48,599 bases of DNA from Clostridiales bacterium DTU032. GTDB taxonomy: Bacteria; Bacillota; Clostridia; Saccharofermentanales; DTU023. The position numbers and the translations under genes were made by a program. The stretch is from contig LFSM01000111.1 of the NCBI GenBank assembly GCA_001512745.1, positions 7,029-55,627 of the forward strand, read 5' to 3'. Below, piece by piece: positions 30,956 to 39,836 of this stretch (the first letter of the stretch is position 1; every line of letters begins with the position of its first letter). The notes under the pieces are model-generated. The model was not told the origin of the DNA. It saw only the letters and a program-made list of their open reading frames with translations, and did not search any database.

Positions 30956-31236
30956 ACAAGTTCCTTTCTCTTGATATCTTCCAGTTCTATTATTTCTTCA
31001 AGTTCCTGCAGTATTTCTTCCGGCACAGGACGCCGCAGTGAACGTTGTAGTGAGCGATGTTTTAAAGCAAGCTCATAACAATTTAAATTATTACATATAT
31101 AGGCGCTGCGACCTTCTAAGTGCGGGCCGGGATTTATTCCCATGCGACCATCGGCTGCAGATACGATGCGCAAAAATTCTTTCTGATCAGCTTTGCGGCG
31201 ACAGGCTACACAGATTCTTTGCTGTTTCGCGCGCAT
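30952..31236 (-). CDS. ylxR: YlxR/RnpM (DUF448) RNA-binding protein
   Basis: RICVACR..LRIV..GRSAYIC..C..L.RSLR; start trimmed to the ATG after GAGGTG. Confidence 0.88.
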   Translation of the reverse strand: MRAKQQRICVACRRKADQKEFLRIVSAADGRMGINPGPHLEGRSAYICNNLNCYELALKHRSLQRSLRRPVPEEILQELEEIIELEDIKRKELV

Positions 31237-31294
31237 TATAACACCTCTGCTTAACTTCGTCTTATTCTTACTCTTCACCTAAGACATCAGTTTC

Positions 31295-32626
31295 TTATAA
31301 ATTCTCAAGCTCTGCCGTATCATCAGACATGACTCCTATTGTTTGCTCGAGATTATCAAAGAAATCAATAGCTTCCCGCTGATCTGCAGGGCCTGTGGCC
31401 TCCGGCTCAAAGAAGCCGTCATCCATATCAGCATGGTCCTCTGCATGGAAAGCAGCGTCATCAGAATCGTAGCGCTCAGCCTCATCAGCTGCGACCGCCT
31501 CATCAAATCCAGGCAGCCAGGCCGCTTCGATCATCTCCCGATATTGCGATTCGCTCTTGATATCTATTTTCCAGCCGGTCAGTTTGGCCGCCAGCCGGGC
31601 GTTTTGCCCTTCTTTTCCGATCGCCAGTGAAAGCTGATGATCGGCAACGATAACACGGGCACTTCTGTCTTCTTCTTCAAGTATGACACGAACCACTTTA
31701 GCCGGAGACAGTGCATTGCTGATGAAAACCTGAACATCAGGATCCCAGGCAATTATATCAATTTTTTCACCATTTAATTCATCAATCACAGCCTGTACTC
31801 GCAAACCGCGTTGTCCGACACAGGCACCTACCGGATCGACATTAGGATCATTGCTGATGACTGCCATTTTAGTACGTGAACCGGCTTCTCTGGCGATACT
31901 GACAATCTCAACTACACCGGCACCGATTTCCGGAGATTCCTGTTCAAAAATTCGGCGCACCAGATCAGGGTGACTGCGTGAAACGATAATAATCGGACGA
32001 TTGCGGCGTTCGTCAACCTTTAGAATATAAAAACGCATTCTCTGGTTAAAACGGTAATTATCCAGTTTTGACTGCTGGCTATATGGTAAAACAGCTTCAG
32101 CCCGGTCTATATCTACTGTTACTTCACTGCGGTCTTTACGCTGAACCACTCCGGTAGCAAGGCCACCCACCCGGTCGGAGAATTCTTCATGAATACGCTC
32201 TTTCTCAGCCTGGGAAAGACGCTGATTTATTACGCTCTTTGCAGTCTGTGCAGCCAGACGACCGAAGTCCGCAGGGTCTACCTCTTTAACCAGCTGATCG
32301 CCTGGCTCCAGTTCGTCAGACAGGGCTAGTGCCTCTTCCAGCGAAATCTCGGAGTTGGGATCTTCTACTTTCTCGACTACGGTAATGGGCTGATACACCC
32401 GCATCTCACCTGTTTCTCTGTCGATATGAGCAGTAATGCCGTCATCGCGCTCTTCTTCGCCTTCATCTTCTGCCCGCTCAGTACGATCCTTATCCTTAAC
32501 GCGAATAACGAACTCACGACGGTAGGCAGCAACCAGCGCTTCCTCGATCGCCTCTAAGAGCGTTTCGCTATCAATACCACGCTCTTTTTGCAATGATTTC
32601 AGGGCATCAATAAATTCCCGGTTCAT
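31295..32626 (-). CDS. nusA: Transcription termination factor NusA
   Basis: FGRLAAQTAK, S1 domain, AREAGSRTK, DPVGACVG, LSLAIGKEGQNARLAAKLTGWKIDI; ATG at 32626 after AAAGGAGA. Confidence 0.98.
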   Translation of the reverse strand: MNREFIDALKSLQKERGIDSETLLEAIEEALVAAYRREFVIRVKDKDRTERAEDEGEEERDDGITAHIDRETGEMRVYQPITVVEKVEDPNSEISLEEALALSDELEPGDQLVKEVDPADFGRLAAQTAKSVINQRLSQAEKERIHEEFSDRVGGLATGVVQRKDRSEVTVDIDRAEAVLPYSQQSKLDNYRFNQRMRFYILKVDERRNRPIIIVSRSHPDLVRRIFEQESPEIGAGVVEIVSIAREAGSRTKMAVISNDPNVDPVGACVGQRGLRVQAVIDELNGEKIDIIAWDPDVQVFISNALSPAKVVRVILEEEDRSARVIVADHQLSLAIGKEGQNARLAAKLTGWKIDIKSESQYREMIEAAWLPGFDEAVAADEAERYDSDDAAFHAEDHADMDDGFFEPEATGPADQREAIDFFDNLEQTIGVMSDDTAELENL

Positions 32627-32670
32627 ATTTTCTCCTTTTATCCTATCCTGCAAACTTGCAAGTCAATTTT

Positions 32671-33129
32671 TTAAAAAACTACTTCGCGTTTAATATGCGC
32701 TATCTGCTTGAGGGGAAACATGATTTTCTCCCCGTCACGCTCAATGCCGACCTCTTCTTCTGAGAAGACCAGCGGCCCGACAAATACCTTCTCCCCGTCA
32801 ACAGCAGCGTAAAGCTTCACGCTGACTATTTCACCTTCATACCTGATAAAATCAGCCATGTCCTTAAGCGGACGATCCAGCCCCGGCGATGAGACTTCAA
32901 AGGCATCATAATGATCTATCTTCAAATCAAATTCGACTATCGGATCCGCCAGTTCGCTCAATTCTGTCAGCTGATCAAGGTTAACTCCACCTCTGCGATC
33001 AGCAATCAGACGTAAAATCGAGCGGTTTCCCGCTCGTTCTGTCTCCACATCCAATAGTTCAAGACCAAGCGATTCCGCCAGGGGCGATATCTTTTCCATT
33101 ATCTTCTCTTTTTCAGATAAAGTTTTCAT
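32671..33129 (-). CDS. rimP: Ribosome maturation factor RimP
   Basis: FEVSSPGLDRPL..DF.RY.G; first gene of the nusA operon; ATG at 33129 after AGGAGAG. Confidence 0.95.
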   Translation of the reverse strand: MKTLSEKEKIMEKISPLAESLGLELLDVETERAGNRSILRLIADRRGGVNLDQLTELSELADPIVEFDLKIDHYDAFEVSSPGLDRPLKDMADFIRYEGEIVSVKLYAAVDGEKVFVGPLVFSEEEVGIERDGEKIMFPLKQIAHIKREVVF

Positions 33130-33144
33130 GAAAATATCTCTCCT

Positions 33145-33175
33145 ACAAACGAAAGAGCGGGACCCCCGCTCTTTC
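33145..33175 (-). promoter_or_regulatory. Leader hairpin (candidate attenuator) of the rimP-nusA-infB operon
   Basis: GAAAGAGCGGG-GGT-CCCGCTCTTTC perfect 11-bp stem followed by GTTTGT, between the promoter and the RBS. Confidence 0.65.
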
Positions 33176-33200
33176 TGCATACTACAAAGTATTATATTGT

Positions 33201-33229
33201 ATTATAATCCGCTTTGTGCTTAAGGTCAA
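33201..33229 (-). promoter_or_regulatory. Sigma-A promoter of the rimP operon
   Basis: Minus strand TTGACC-N17-TATAAT. Confidence 0.75.
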
Positions 33230-33351
33230 GTGCCGGTGGCTTTTTACACACTATTTGCTGCATAAAATATATTTGCCTGGAGTCCTATGTTTTTTCAAAG
33301 CTCTGAAGTAGAATGATACTATGTTTAAGGACAGAAAGAAAGGAGAATAAA

Positions 33352-33774
33352 ATGATTGATTTAATAGTAGGAGCCAAGGGCTCAGGAAAGACCCCGCTCA
33401 TGCTTAAGGAAATTGAAAATGAAGCTCGCAAGGAAAATTCTAATATAGTTTTTATTGAACACGGTCGTCGTCTTGACCATGTAGTTCCCCACTCAATCCG
33501 TCTTATTGATATAACTGAATATCCCGTTAGAGGCTATGCAGAGCTGATTGCCTTCCTGGCAGGTCTTAATGCGAAAGATTACGACATTACACATATATAT
33601 ATTGACAGTGTTTTTAAAGTAGTAGGCGACGATGATCCCCAGCATCTCGTTACATTTGTTAAAAATTTAGCTGCATTCGCCCCCAAAGTTGACAGCAATA
33701 TTACCATAGCCGTAAGCTGTGATCCTGATGAAATACCGGTAGAAATAAAGCAGTTTATGCGTGATATTGAATGA
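33352..33774 (+). CDS. Small P-loop protein of unknown function (clostridial family)
   Basis: N-terminal Walker A GAKGSGKT, Walker-B-like IYIDS; RBS AAGGAG before the ATG at 33352. Confidence 0.75.
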   Translation: MIDLIVGAKGSGKTPLMLKEIENEARKENSNIVFIEHGRRLDHVVPHSIRLIDITEYPVRGYAELIAFLAGLNAKDYDITHIYIDSVFKVVGDDDPQHLVTFVKNLAAFAPKVDSNITIAVSCDPDEIPVEIKQFMRDIE

Positions 33775-33784
33775 GGAGATAATT

Positions 33785-34213
33785 ATGTGGAAAGAGTTTA
33801 AAGAGTTTATTGCACAAGGAAGTGTCATGGACGCTGCCATAGGCTTTGTTCTGGGTCTTGCTTTCAAAGCCATTATCGACAGCGTTGTGAACGGCCTGCT
33901 CATGCCGATTATCGGTTATCTGACAGCGGGCATTGATTTTTCGAATCTGAAGATTGTATTAAAAGAAGCCACGGACGCTGCTGAAGAAGTAGCCATTACC
34001 TATGGACAGGTAATTGAAGCTATCATCAGTTTTGTTCTGATTGCTTTCTTCCTCTTCCTGATCGTCAAGGGTCTCAACGCTATGCGTAAAAAGCGTGAAG
34101 CGCAGCTGGCGGCAGAAGCCGATGCTGAAGCAGCCGAAGAAGAAGCTCCAACTGAACTTGAACTGCTGCAGGAAATTCGCGACCTGATGAAGACAGAACA
34201 AGAAAGCAAATAA
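33785..34213 (+). CDS. mscL: Large-conductance mechanosensitive channel
   Basis: MWKEFKEFIAQGSVMD.AIG, ITYG..I.AIISF, ELLQEIRDL. Confidence 0.95.
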   Translation: MWKEFKEFIAQGSVMDAAIGFVLGLAFKAIIDSVVNGLLMPIIGYLTAGIDFSNLKIVLKEATDAAEEVAITYGQVIEAIISFVLIAFFLFLIVKGLNAMRKKREAQLAAEADAEAAEEEAPTELELLQEIRDLMKTEQESK

Positions 34214-34235
34214 TAATTAAACTTTAATTCCCTTC

Positions 34236-34266
34236 AAAAAAGCCAGCGCGGCCGCGCTGGCTTTTT
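34236..34266. terminator. Bidirectional intrinsic terminator between mscL and the convergent gene
   Basis: AAAAAGCCAGCGCGGCCGCGCTGGCTTTTT perfect palindrome flanked by A and T runs. Confidence 0.85.
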
Positions 34267-34288
34267 ACATTGTACAGATCGGCCGCCC

Positions 34289-34372
34289 TGCATCATTCGG
34301 TGCCAGGCACGATTTCATGCAAGGCACGATTTCATGCACTGCATGGATTCGTGCCTGGCACCAATCTATGCA
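34289..34372. repeat. REP/REPIN-like inverted repeat with internal 17-bp tandem duplication
   Basis: GGTGCCAGGCACGATTTCATGCA (34299-34321) is the inverse of 34340-34362 with 2 mismatches; AGGCACGATTTCATGCA occurs twice (34305-34321, 34322-34338). Confidence 0.75.
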
Positions 34373-34382
34373 CAAATCTTAT

Positions 34383-36773
34383 TTAATCATTGTCTTTTAT
34401 GAAGAGTCCCCGTAAACGGCTGAGGAAATCACCTTCGGCCTCAAGCTCAAATGTAGATCCATTAGTATCTTTTGGTATGCTGATCGATTCAGTCATCATA
34501 ACGAACTGCACACCAATAACATTCGTATTCTTGTCCGAGACAAAAGAGCGTGGTTCAAAATCCATGTCTAAGTATTCTGTAATTAACTCGTCCATCTGTT
34601 TTAGAAAATCTGCTTGCAAATTGGCTGTAGCATCTCTAAATTCTCCTGCTCCTTCGGCATAAGTTCCGAAGCCGCTTGCCAATGGATTCAAACCTTTTGT
34701 TTCAAAATCAACCAGACCCTGATTCAGCGAAGAAACTCCTTGCAAATACGTATCAATGCCAACCTTATATTCTGCAACGCCTGCTGAGAATCCACTCATG
34801 CCGGCTGTCAGACTCGAAGAGTTTGCATCCAATTCGCCGAGACCTGCCTCCAGTTGCTGTGCCCCTGAAATCAAGCCTGCCTGATTTGTTGTCCCGTCAA
34901 TAGCGGTTAAAACTTGCGATACACCCTTAGTATATTCAGACAAACCTGAATTGAATTTTTCATATTCGCTGCTAAGATAATTCAATCCACTAGAAAGTTC
35001 TGAGAGACCGCTTACCATAGCAGGCAGATTATCTAAGAGAGAAATAATACTGTCAAGTTTTTTAATTATGAGGTTTAGCCCGCTTTTCATTGCTTCGCAG
35101 CTATCTGCCAAGTCGGACAGGTCATATTCTTCCACCAGTGAAAGTAATTGTTCCAAAGCAGGCTCTATAGCAGAGATGCCTATGTCAAGTCTGGTCAAGT
35201 CTTGAAGAGTCTCAAGCGCAGAAGCGGAAAAGCTGTAGCTTGAAGAAAGCTTGGCTAAATCAGATAGCAGCTCATCTTCGGCATTTAGAGTAATATCTAC
35301 GCCGTAGCTGTTTATGTAAACTTGCAGATAATTTCTCCAGCCTTGCTCATCTAAGTTCAATAGTTCGGGTTTGAGTGCAGGCAAGTTTCCTGCCTCATCT
35401 AAAAGAGCTTTGACTTTTTCAATCAGAATTTTTATTTGCTCCTTCAGAGATGTCAATTCAGCATACATTTCTTCAAGACTCTTAATTGCAGACAAGAATT
35501 GATCAAAAAAGCTATCAACTTCTTTAAGCAAGGCGCTTAGCCGCTTCAAAAATTCTATCTCGCTGTCACTGGGCATGAGAGAGCCAATTTCCTCCAGATC
35601 AAAATTATCAGATAATCCGGCAGAAATCTGCTGAAGGGCAGCTAAAATCTCATCTGATGCACTGCTGAGTATAGTTCCGTTACTTTCCAGTTGAGCAATA
35701 CCGGCACGCAACTGTGTCAAACCTCCTGTAAGGCCTGACATACCGTTTTTGATCGAAGTGACACCTCCTGTATACTCTGCTAGCCCCTGCCCCAGCTGTG
35801 CAGAACCACTTTGCAAATCACCGGCCCCTTTAGACAACTGTGAACCACTATTTGCCAGAGATCCACTACCGCTTTCTATTTCAGCAAAACCTGCCTTAAG
35901 TTGCGCAATAGCACCTTCCAGCTCTTCAGCACCCTCCGCCAATTGTCTGACACCATCAGAGAGTTCATTCAGACCTTCAGTCTCTTCATCACTAACAAAA
36001 TCCTCTATGGCAAAATCAAGATAGAAGTCAAGTCCGATACCGGCAAAAGTCATGCTTGCCATCTCAAATTCCTTGGCCTCAAGCCTCAAATAAAGATCCG
36101 TTTCCTGACCCGGAAAGGCTATCCAAGTGATCAAACGGTCTTTTCCGCTGATAGCAACTGTCGCAGCACCATCTGTTTCCAGCAAGCGTGCTTTATCAGG
36201 ATCCAGGGTGGCTGAAACCTGTAAGGCATAATTTTCAAAGAAGAAGGGATCAATTTTTGAATTTTGCCTGGTTTCTATTTTTATCAAAAGCTCACCTGTA
36301 GCCCCTGCTGCCTGAGCGGCAGTGATTTCTTGGCCATTCAGCTCGTAAGTAATGTTAATTAGCCAGGGCAGATCAGTTGATTCTAGATTACCCTGATAAT
36401 AATAGCTTCCGGCTGCAGCCTGAAGATTTACCACTCCTAAGTCAAGTTGAGGAGCCCTATTTCCGGTCAACTGCAAAACATTGCTGTAGTTACCGTAGTC
36501 ATTGAAACTCTGCATCTCAGACAATTCGTAGTGATTGACAACATAGATGCTCTGGCTGCTGCCGTTAGCGGCCAGCTTGCCATAAATTACTTCACGTTTC
36601 AGGGGCTCTCCCCAGGTATTGCTGATCGGCAGATAATTGCTGGCAGCACTTCCGGAAAATGACGGTATAAAAGAAAAGACTAAAGCCATTACCAGCAAGA
36701 GAGCGGTGGTGCGGGTCGCCTTGCCAGAATGTTTTTTCTTCGTAGTTTTTATTGTTTTCTTAACTTTGCTCAT
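34383..36773 (-). CDS. Exported X3-L-X2-G heptad-repeat coiled-coil protein (YhgE/Pip-like), MMPL partner
   Basis: Signal/anchor peptide, KREVIYGKL..NG..YVVN..YYYQG..DLPW domain, two arrays of LxxG heptads, C-terminal SFVSDKN..VQFVM.T..I. Confidence 0.75.
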   Translation of the reverse strand: MSKVKKTIKTTKKKHSGKATRTTALLLVMALVFSFIPSFSGSAASNYLPISNTWGEPLKREVIYGKLAANGSSQSIYVVNHYELSEMQSFNDYGNYSNVLQLTGNRAPQLDLGVVNLQAAAGSYYYQGNLESTDLPWLINITYELNGQEITAAQAAGATGELLIKIETRQNSKIDPFFFENYALQVSATLDPDKARLLETDGAATVAISGKDRLITWIAFPGQETDLYLRLEAKEFEMASMTFAGIGLDFYLDFAIEDFVSDEETEGLNELSDGVRQLAEGAEELEGAIAQLKAGFAEIESGSGSLANSGSQLSKGAGDLQSGSAQLGQGLAEYTGGVTSIKNGMSGLTGGLTQLRAGIAQLESNGTILSSASDEILAALQQISAGLSDNFDLEEIGSLMPSDSEIEFLKRLSALLKEVDSFFDQFLSAIKSLEEMYAELTSLKEQIKILIEKVKALLDEAGNLPALKPELLNLDEQGWRNYLQVYINSYGVDITLNAEDELLSDLAKLSSSYSFSASALETLQDLTRLDIGISAIEPALEQLLSLVEEYDLSDLADSCEAMKSGLNLIIKKLDSIISLLDNLPAMVSGLSELSSGLNYLSSEYEKFNSGLSEYTKGVSQVLTAIDGTTNQAGLISGAQQLEAGLGELDANSSSLTAGMSGFSAGVAEYKVGIDTYLQGVSSLNQGLVDFETKGLNPLASGFGTYAEGAGEFRDATANLQADFLKQMDELITEYLDMDFEPRSFVSDKNTNVIGVQFVMMTESISIPKDTNGSTFELEAEGDFLSRLRGLFIKDND

Positions 36774-38877
36774 TATGAGTCAACTCCTGTTTATCTTTTC
36801 TGTGTATCAAACGGTCGGGCAGAAAATTTGCCTTCAGCGTAGTTTTTTCAATAAAGCGCTCAAGAATCCTCAGAAGATTCGGCAGAAGGAAGATGACCAT
36901 GAAAAGGGACAGCAGAGCGCCTCGTCCCAAAACCAGGCCCAACTCACCAACTACTGTTATTGATGAAACTGCTGACAGTACAAATCCGGCTGCTGCCAGA
37001 ATAAAACCTGGTGCGATCAGAGAAGCTGCTGTGTCTGTTACCGATTTTTCTGAAGCTTCTTTTCTTCCCATAATCTGCCGGTTGTCCATATAGTGCTGGG
37101 TCAGTAAGATGCCGTAGTCAACAGTCGCTCCCAGCTGTACAGTACTAACAATCAGATATCCGATATAGTTCAAGTTAGTGCCGCCAAAATAGGGTATGGC
37201 TAGATTGATCCAGATTGAAATCTCTATAGTCAGAACCAGCAATAGAGGCAAAGAGATCGAGCGGAAGGCAATAGCGATGACCACAGCAACAGCCAGAATA
37301 GCTAGGCCGTTAACAATAATATTGTCTTCCTTAATCGTATCTCGCATGTCGGTCATAATAAAATTCTCACCCACAAGATGAACTTCCTCACCTTCGTTAT
37401 AGATCTCAGCGCTGAGCTCGCGGATGTGTTCTGCCAGTGCGAAGGTCTCCGGGCTTTCCGCAGGTGAATTAGAAACAACAATCATGCGGCTGAAATCATC
37501 AGACAGGAGCTGACTTGTCAACTCTTCGGAAATAAGATCAGGCGGTATAGCAGCACTGGTCATACTGATGAAACTGATCACCGACTTGATCTCTGGCATC
37601 TCCTCCAGCCTTTCTATAAAAATCTCTTCCTTGGCCGGCCGGTCGCGGGGAACAAGCAGGGCCATTTGCATATTGTTGCCGAATTTTTCATTTATCATTT
37701 TTGCATCCTCTGCAGCACGTGATCCTTCAGCATAGCTTCCCATGCCATAGAGGAAATTATTGGCCCGCTGCCCCAGAAAAACGGGAACGATAATCAGCGC
37801 AACAATAATTAGAATAGGAATGGCCAGTTTTGTCACGACTTTGGCCAGGCCCTTGAAAGAAGGTAAAAGTGATCTGTGCGTTGTCTTTTCGATAATTCTG
37901 TCCGTCAGCATGATCAGAGCCGGCAAGAGTACAAATACAGTAATCAAACTCAGGACAACACCTTTGGCTAAAACCAGACTCAGGTCAGGGCCCAGCTTGA
38001 AGCGCATGAAGACAAGAGCCAGAAAACCGAATAAGGTCGTCGCGGCCGAAGAAGACACGGGCTGAAAACTCTTCTTCATTGATTTCTTGACAGCAACATC
38101 CAAAGGATCACCTTCTGCTTTGTACTCATTGGTACGGTGCAAAAAGAAGATAGCGTAGTCCATTGTCACCGCCAGCTGCAGGATGGCTGCCACAGATTGG
38201 GTAATGAAGGAAATCTCTGAAAAGATGATGTTTGTTCCCAGGTTGATAAAAACACCCACAAAAACCACCAGCAGAAAGAGAAAGGGCTCAAACCAGGATT
38301 TGGTAGCAATAATCAGGATGACAAGAGCCATGGGCACGGCAAAGAGCATAATTCTTGTTATTTCTGACTGTGTTGCCTGCTGGGCTTCTGCCAGCTCGAC
38401 AATCTGCCCGCGAATCGCCCCCTCTTCTCCCGCTGTCTCTCTCAAGCTTTCTAAAGATTCAGCAGCATTATCTTTGTTAGCCGTAACCTGATACAAGGCG
38501 ACCGAGTTCTTATAAAAGCCCTCAACCGTTGCCTGGTCCTGAAGCTCCAGCGGAATCGCCAGATCCAGCTGGTCATCCAGCCACAACACCCCACTCACAG
38601 AATCGAGGGCAAGTAGTTTTTCTTTAAAAGCCAGTGCCTCTGATACTGTCAAATCCGGCATGGCTACCTCTACGTTTGGCAGGGCCTCACCGAATTCTTC
38701 CTGCATTTTTTTCAGCGCTACTGTTGAATCAGCTTCTTCCGGTATATAGGAGGAAAGGTCGAAGTTAATTTTGACGCCGGTTGACAGGAAAATAGACACT
38801 GCTATCAGAACGGCAAATATGATCGTCACCAGTTTGTGGTGTCTGACAATGCCATTAATGATCTTGTCAACTAACAT
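36760..38877 (-). CDS. MMPL/RND-family transporter
   Basis: Two repeats of TM plus extracytoplasmic loop, with LQLAVTMDYAIF and VQLGATVDYGIL (DY pairs); ATG at 38877 after GGAGG. Confidence 0.9.
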   Translation of the reverse strand: MLVDKIINGIVRHHKLVTIIFAVLIAVSIFLSTGVKINFDLSSYIPEEADSTVALKKMQEEFGEALPNVEVAMPDLTVSEALAFKEKLLALDSVSGVLWLDDQLDLAIPLELQDQATVEGFYKNSVALYQVTANKDNAAESLESLRETAGEEGAIRGQIVELAEAQQATQSEITRIMLFAVPMALVILIIATKSWFEPFLFLLVVFVGVFINLGTNIIFSEISFITQSVAAILQLAVTMDYAIFFLHRTNEYKAEGDPLDVAVKKSMKKSFQPVSSSAATTLFGFLALVFMRFKLGPDLSLVLAKGVVLSLITVFVLLPALIMLTDRIIEKTTHRSLLPSFKGLAKVVTKLAIPILIIVALIIVPVFLGQRANNFLYGMGSYAEGSRAAEDAKMINEKFGNNMQMALLVPRDRPAKEEIFIERLEEMPEIKSVISFISMTSAAIPPDLISEELTSQLLSDDFSRMIVVSNSPAESPETFALAEHIRELSAEIYNEGEEVHLVGENFIMTDMRDTIKEDNIIVNGLAILAVAVVIAIAFRSISLPLLLVLTIEISIWINLAIPYFGGTNLNYIGYLIVSTVQLGATVDYGILLTQHYMDNRQIMGRKEASEKSVTDTAASLIAPGFILAAAGFVLSAVSSITVVGELGLVLGRGALLSLFMVIFLLPNLLRILERFIEKTTLKANFLPDRLIHRKDKQELTHNEQS

Positions 38878-38979
38878 CTTGACCTCCATTTATTTAGTCT
38901 TTACTGAAACTAATATACTTATTTGTTTATGCAAACTAGTATATAGAGGCATTATTTTGATAGCCATACACAACTAATG

Positions 38980-39007
38980 GATAAGTGTCTATTATTCGAC
39001 ACTTATC
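38980..39007. promoter_or_regulatory. Candidate TetR operator
   Basis: GATAAGTGTC-N8-GACACTTATC perfect inverted repeat between the divergent MMPL and tetR genes. Confidence 0.7.
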
Positions 39008-39069
39008 GATATTGGTGTTCGGATTATGCTAAAATGTTCGTAATTACTTTGAAATTGGAGGACTTATCC

Positions 39070-39732
39070 ATGGCAAAAAAAGCAAAAACATCTCATGCTG
39101 ATTCTGACTTCATCATTTCTTTTGTTGCCAGTCCTGAAAAAGGCGACCGCCGCAGCCGGCGTACTGACATGCTCCTGCAGGAAAGTTTGGTTGAATTGCT
39201 TCAGGAAAAAAACCTGCGTGAGATCACCGTAAGCGAACTGACTGATTATGCCGACTTAAGCAGAACTACCTTTTATCTGCATTATGACAATATTGATCAG
39301 CTCTACACTCAACTGGAAGAAAATTTATACCAGCAGTTTGTCAATTTACTGTCTGCCAGCACAGATAATTCTCACCCCATACAGCACGTCGTCGCTACTG
39401 CAGACGGCAAGTCGACAATTCCGATTATCGCCATCGTCTGTCGCACGATCGAAGGTAATCCCCTGCTGGCCGCAACGATTATCAACAATCCGAACGGTCA
39501 GCTTTTGCAACGTATCTATACTGCAGGCTACGACAGCCTGATCAAGAACTTGCTTGATGTATATCCGGATATACCCAAGTACAAAATAGATTACTACTAT
39601 GCCTTTATTGTCCACGGAATAGTCGGCATGATTGAAACTTGGCTGCTGCGCAATCAAGAAGAAGATGTTGAAGAAATCATCGAGCTTCTGACAGACTACA
39701 CACTGAATCATCTGCAGTATTTTGTAGAATAA
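39070..39732 (+). CDS. TetR/AcrR-family regulator
   Basis: DRRSRRT..LQESLVELL.EK..ITVSEL...ADLSRTTFYLHY HTH, C-terminal G..GMIETWL; ATG at 39070 after GGAGG. Confidence 0.92.
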   Translation: MAKKAKTSHADSDFIISFVASPEKGDRRSRRTDMLLQESLVELLQEKNLREITVSELTDYADLSRTTFYLHYDNIDQLYTQLEENLYQQFVNLLSASTDNSHPIQHVVATADGKSTIPIIAIVCRTIEGNPLLAATIINNPNGQLLQRIYTAGYDSLIKNLLDVYPDIPKYKIDYYYAFIVHGIVGMIETWLLRNQEEDVEEIIELLTDYTLNHLQYFVE

Positions 39733-39836
39733 GCAGCTCCAAAAAGCAACAATTTATTCGAAAAACTTACCGGTATTTTTCGTTCTTAAAATTGAGGGAA
39801 ACAAAAGTCGTCCCATAGCTGTACTGGACTGACCGG

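Noticed and set aside
34305-34338. 17-bp direct repeats as a mini CRISPR array
   Set aside because: Only two adjacent copies, no spacer, too short, and no cas genes in the window
39733-39741. GCAGCTCCA as the second att site of the tRNA-Thr island
   Set aside because: Wrong orientation relative to the tRNA and only a short partial match
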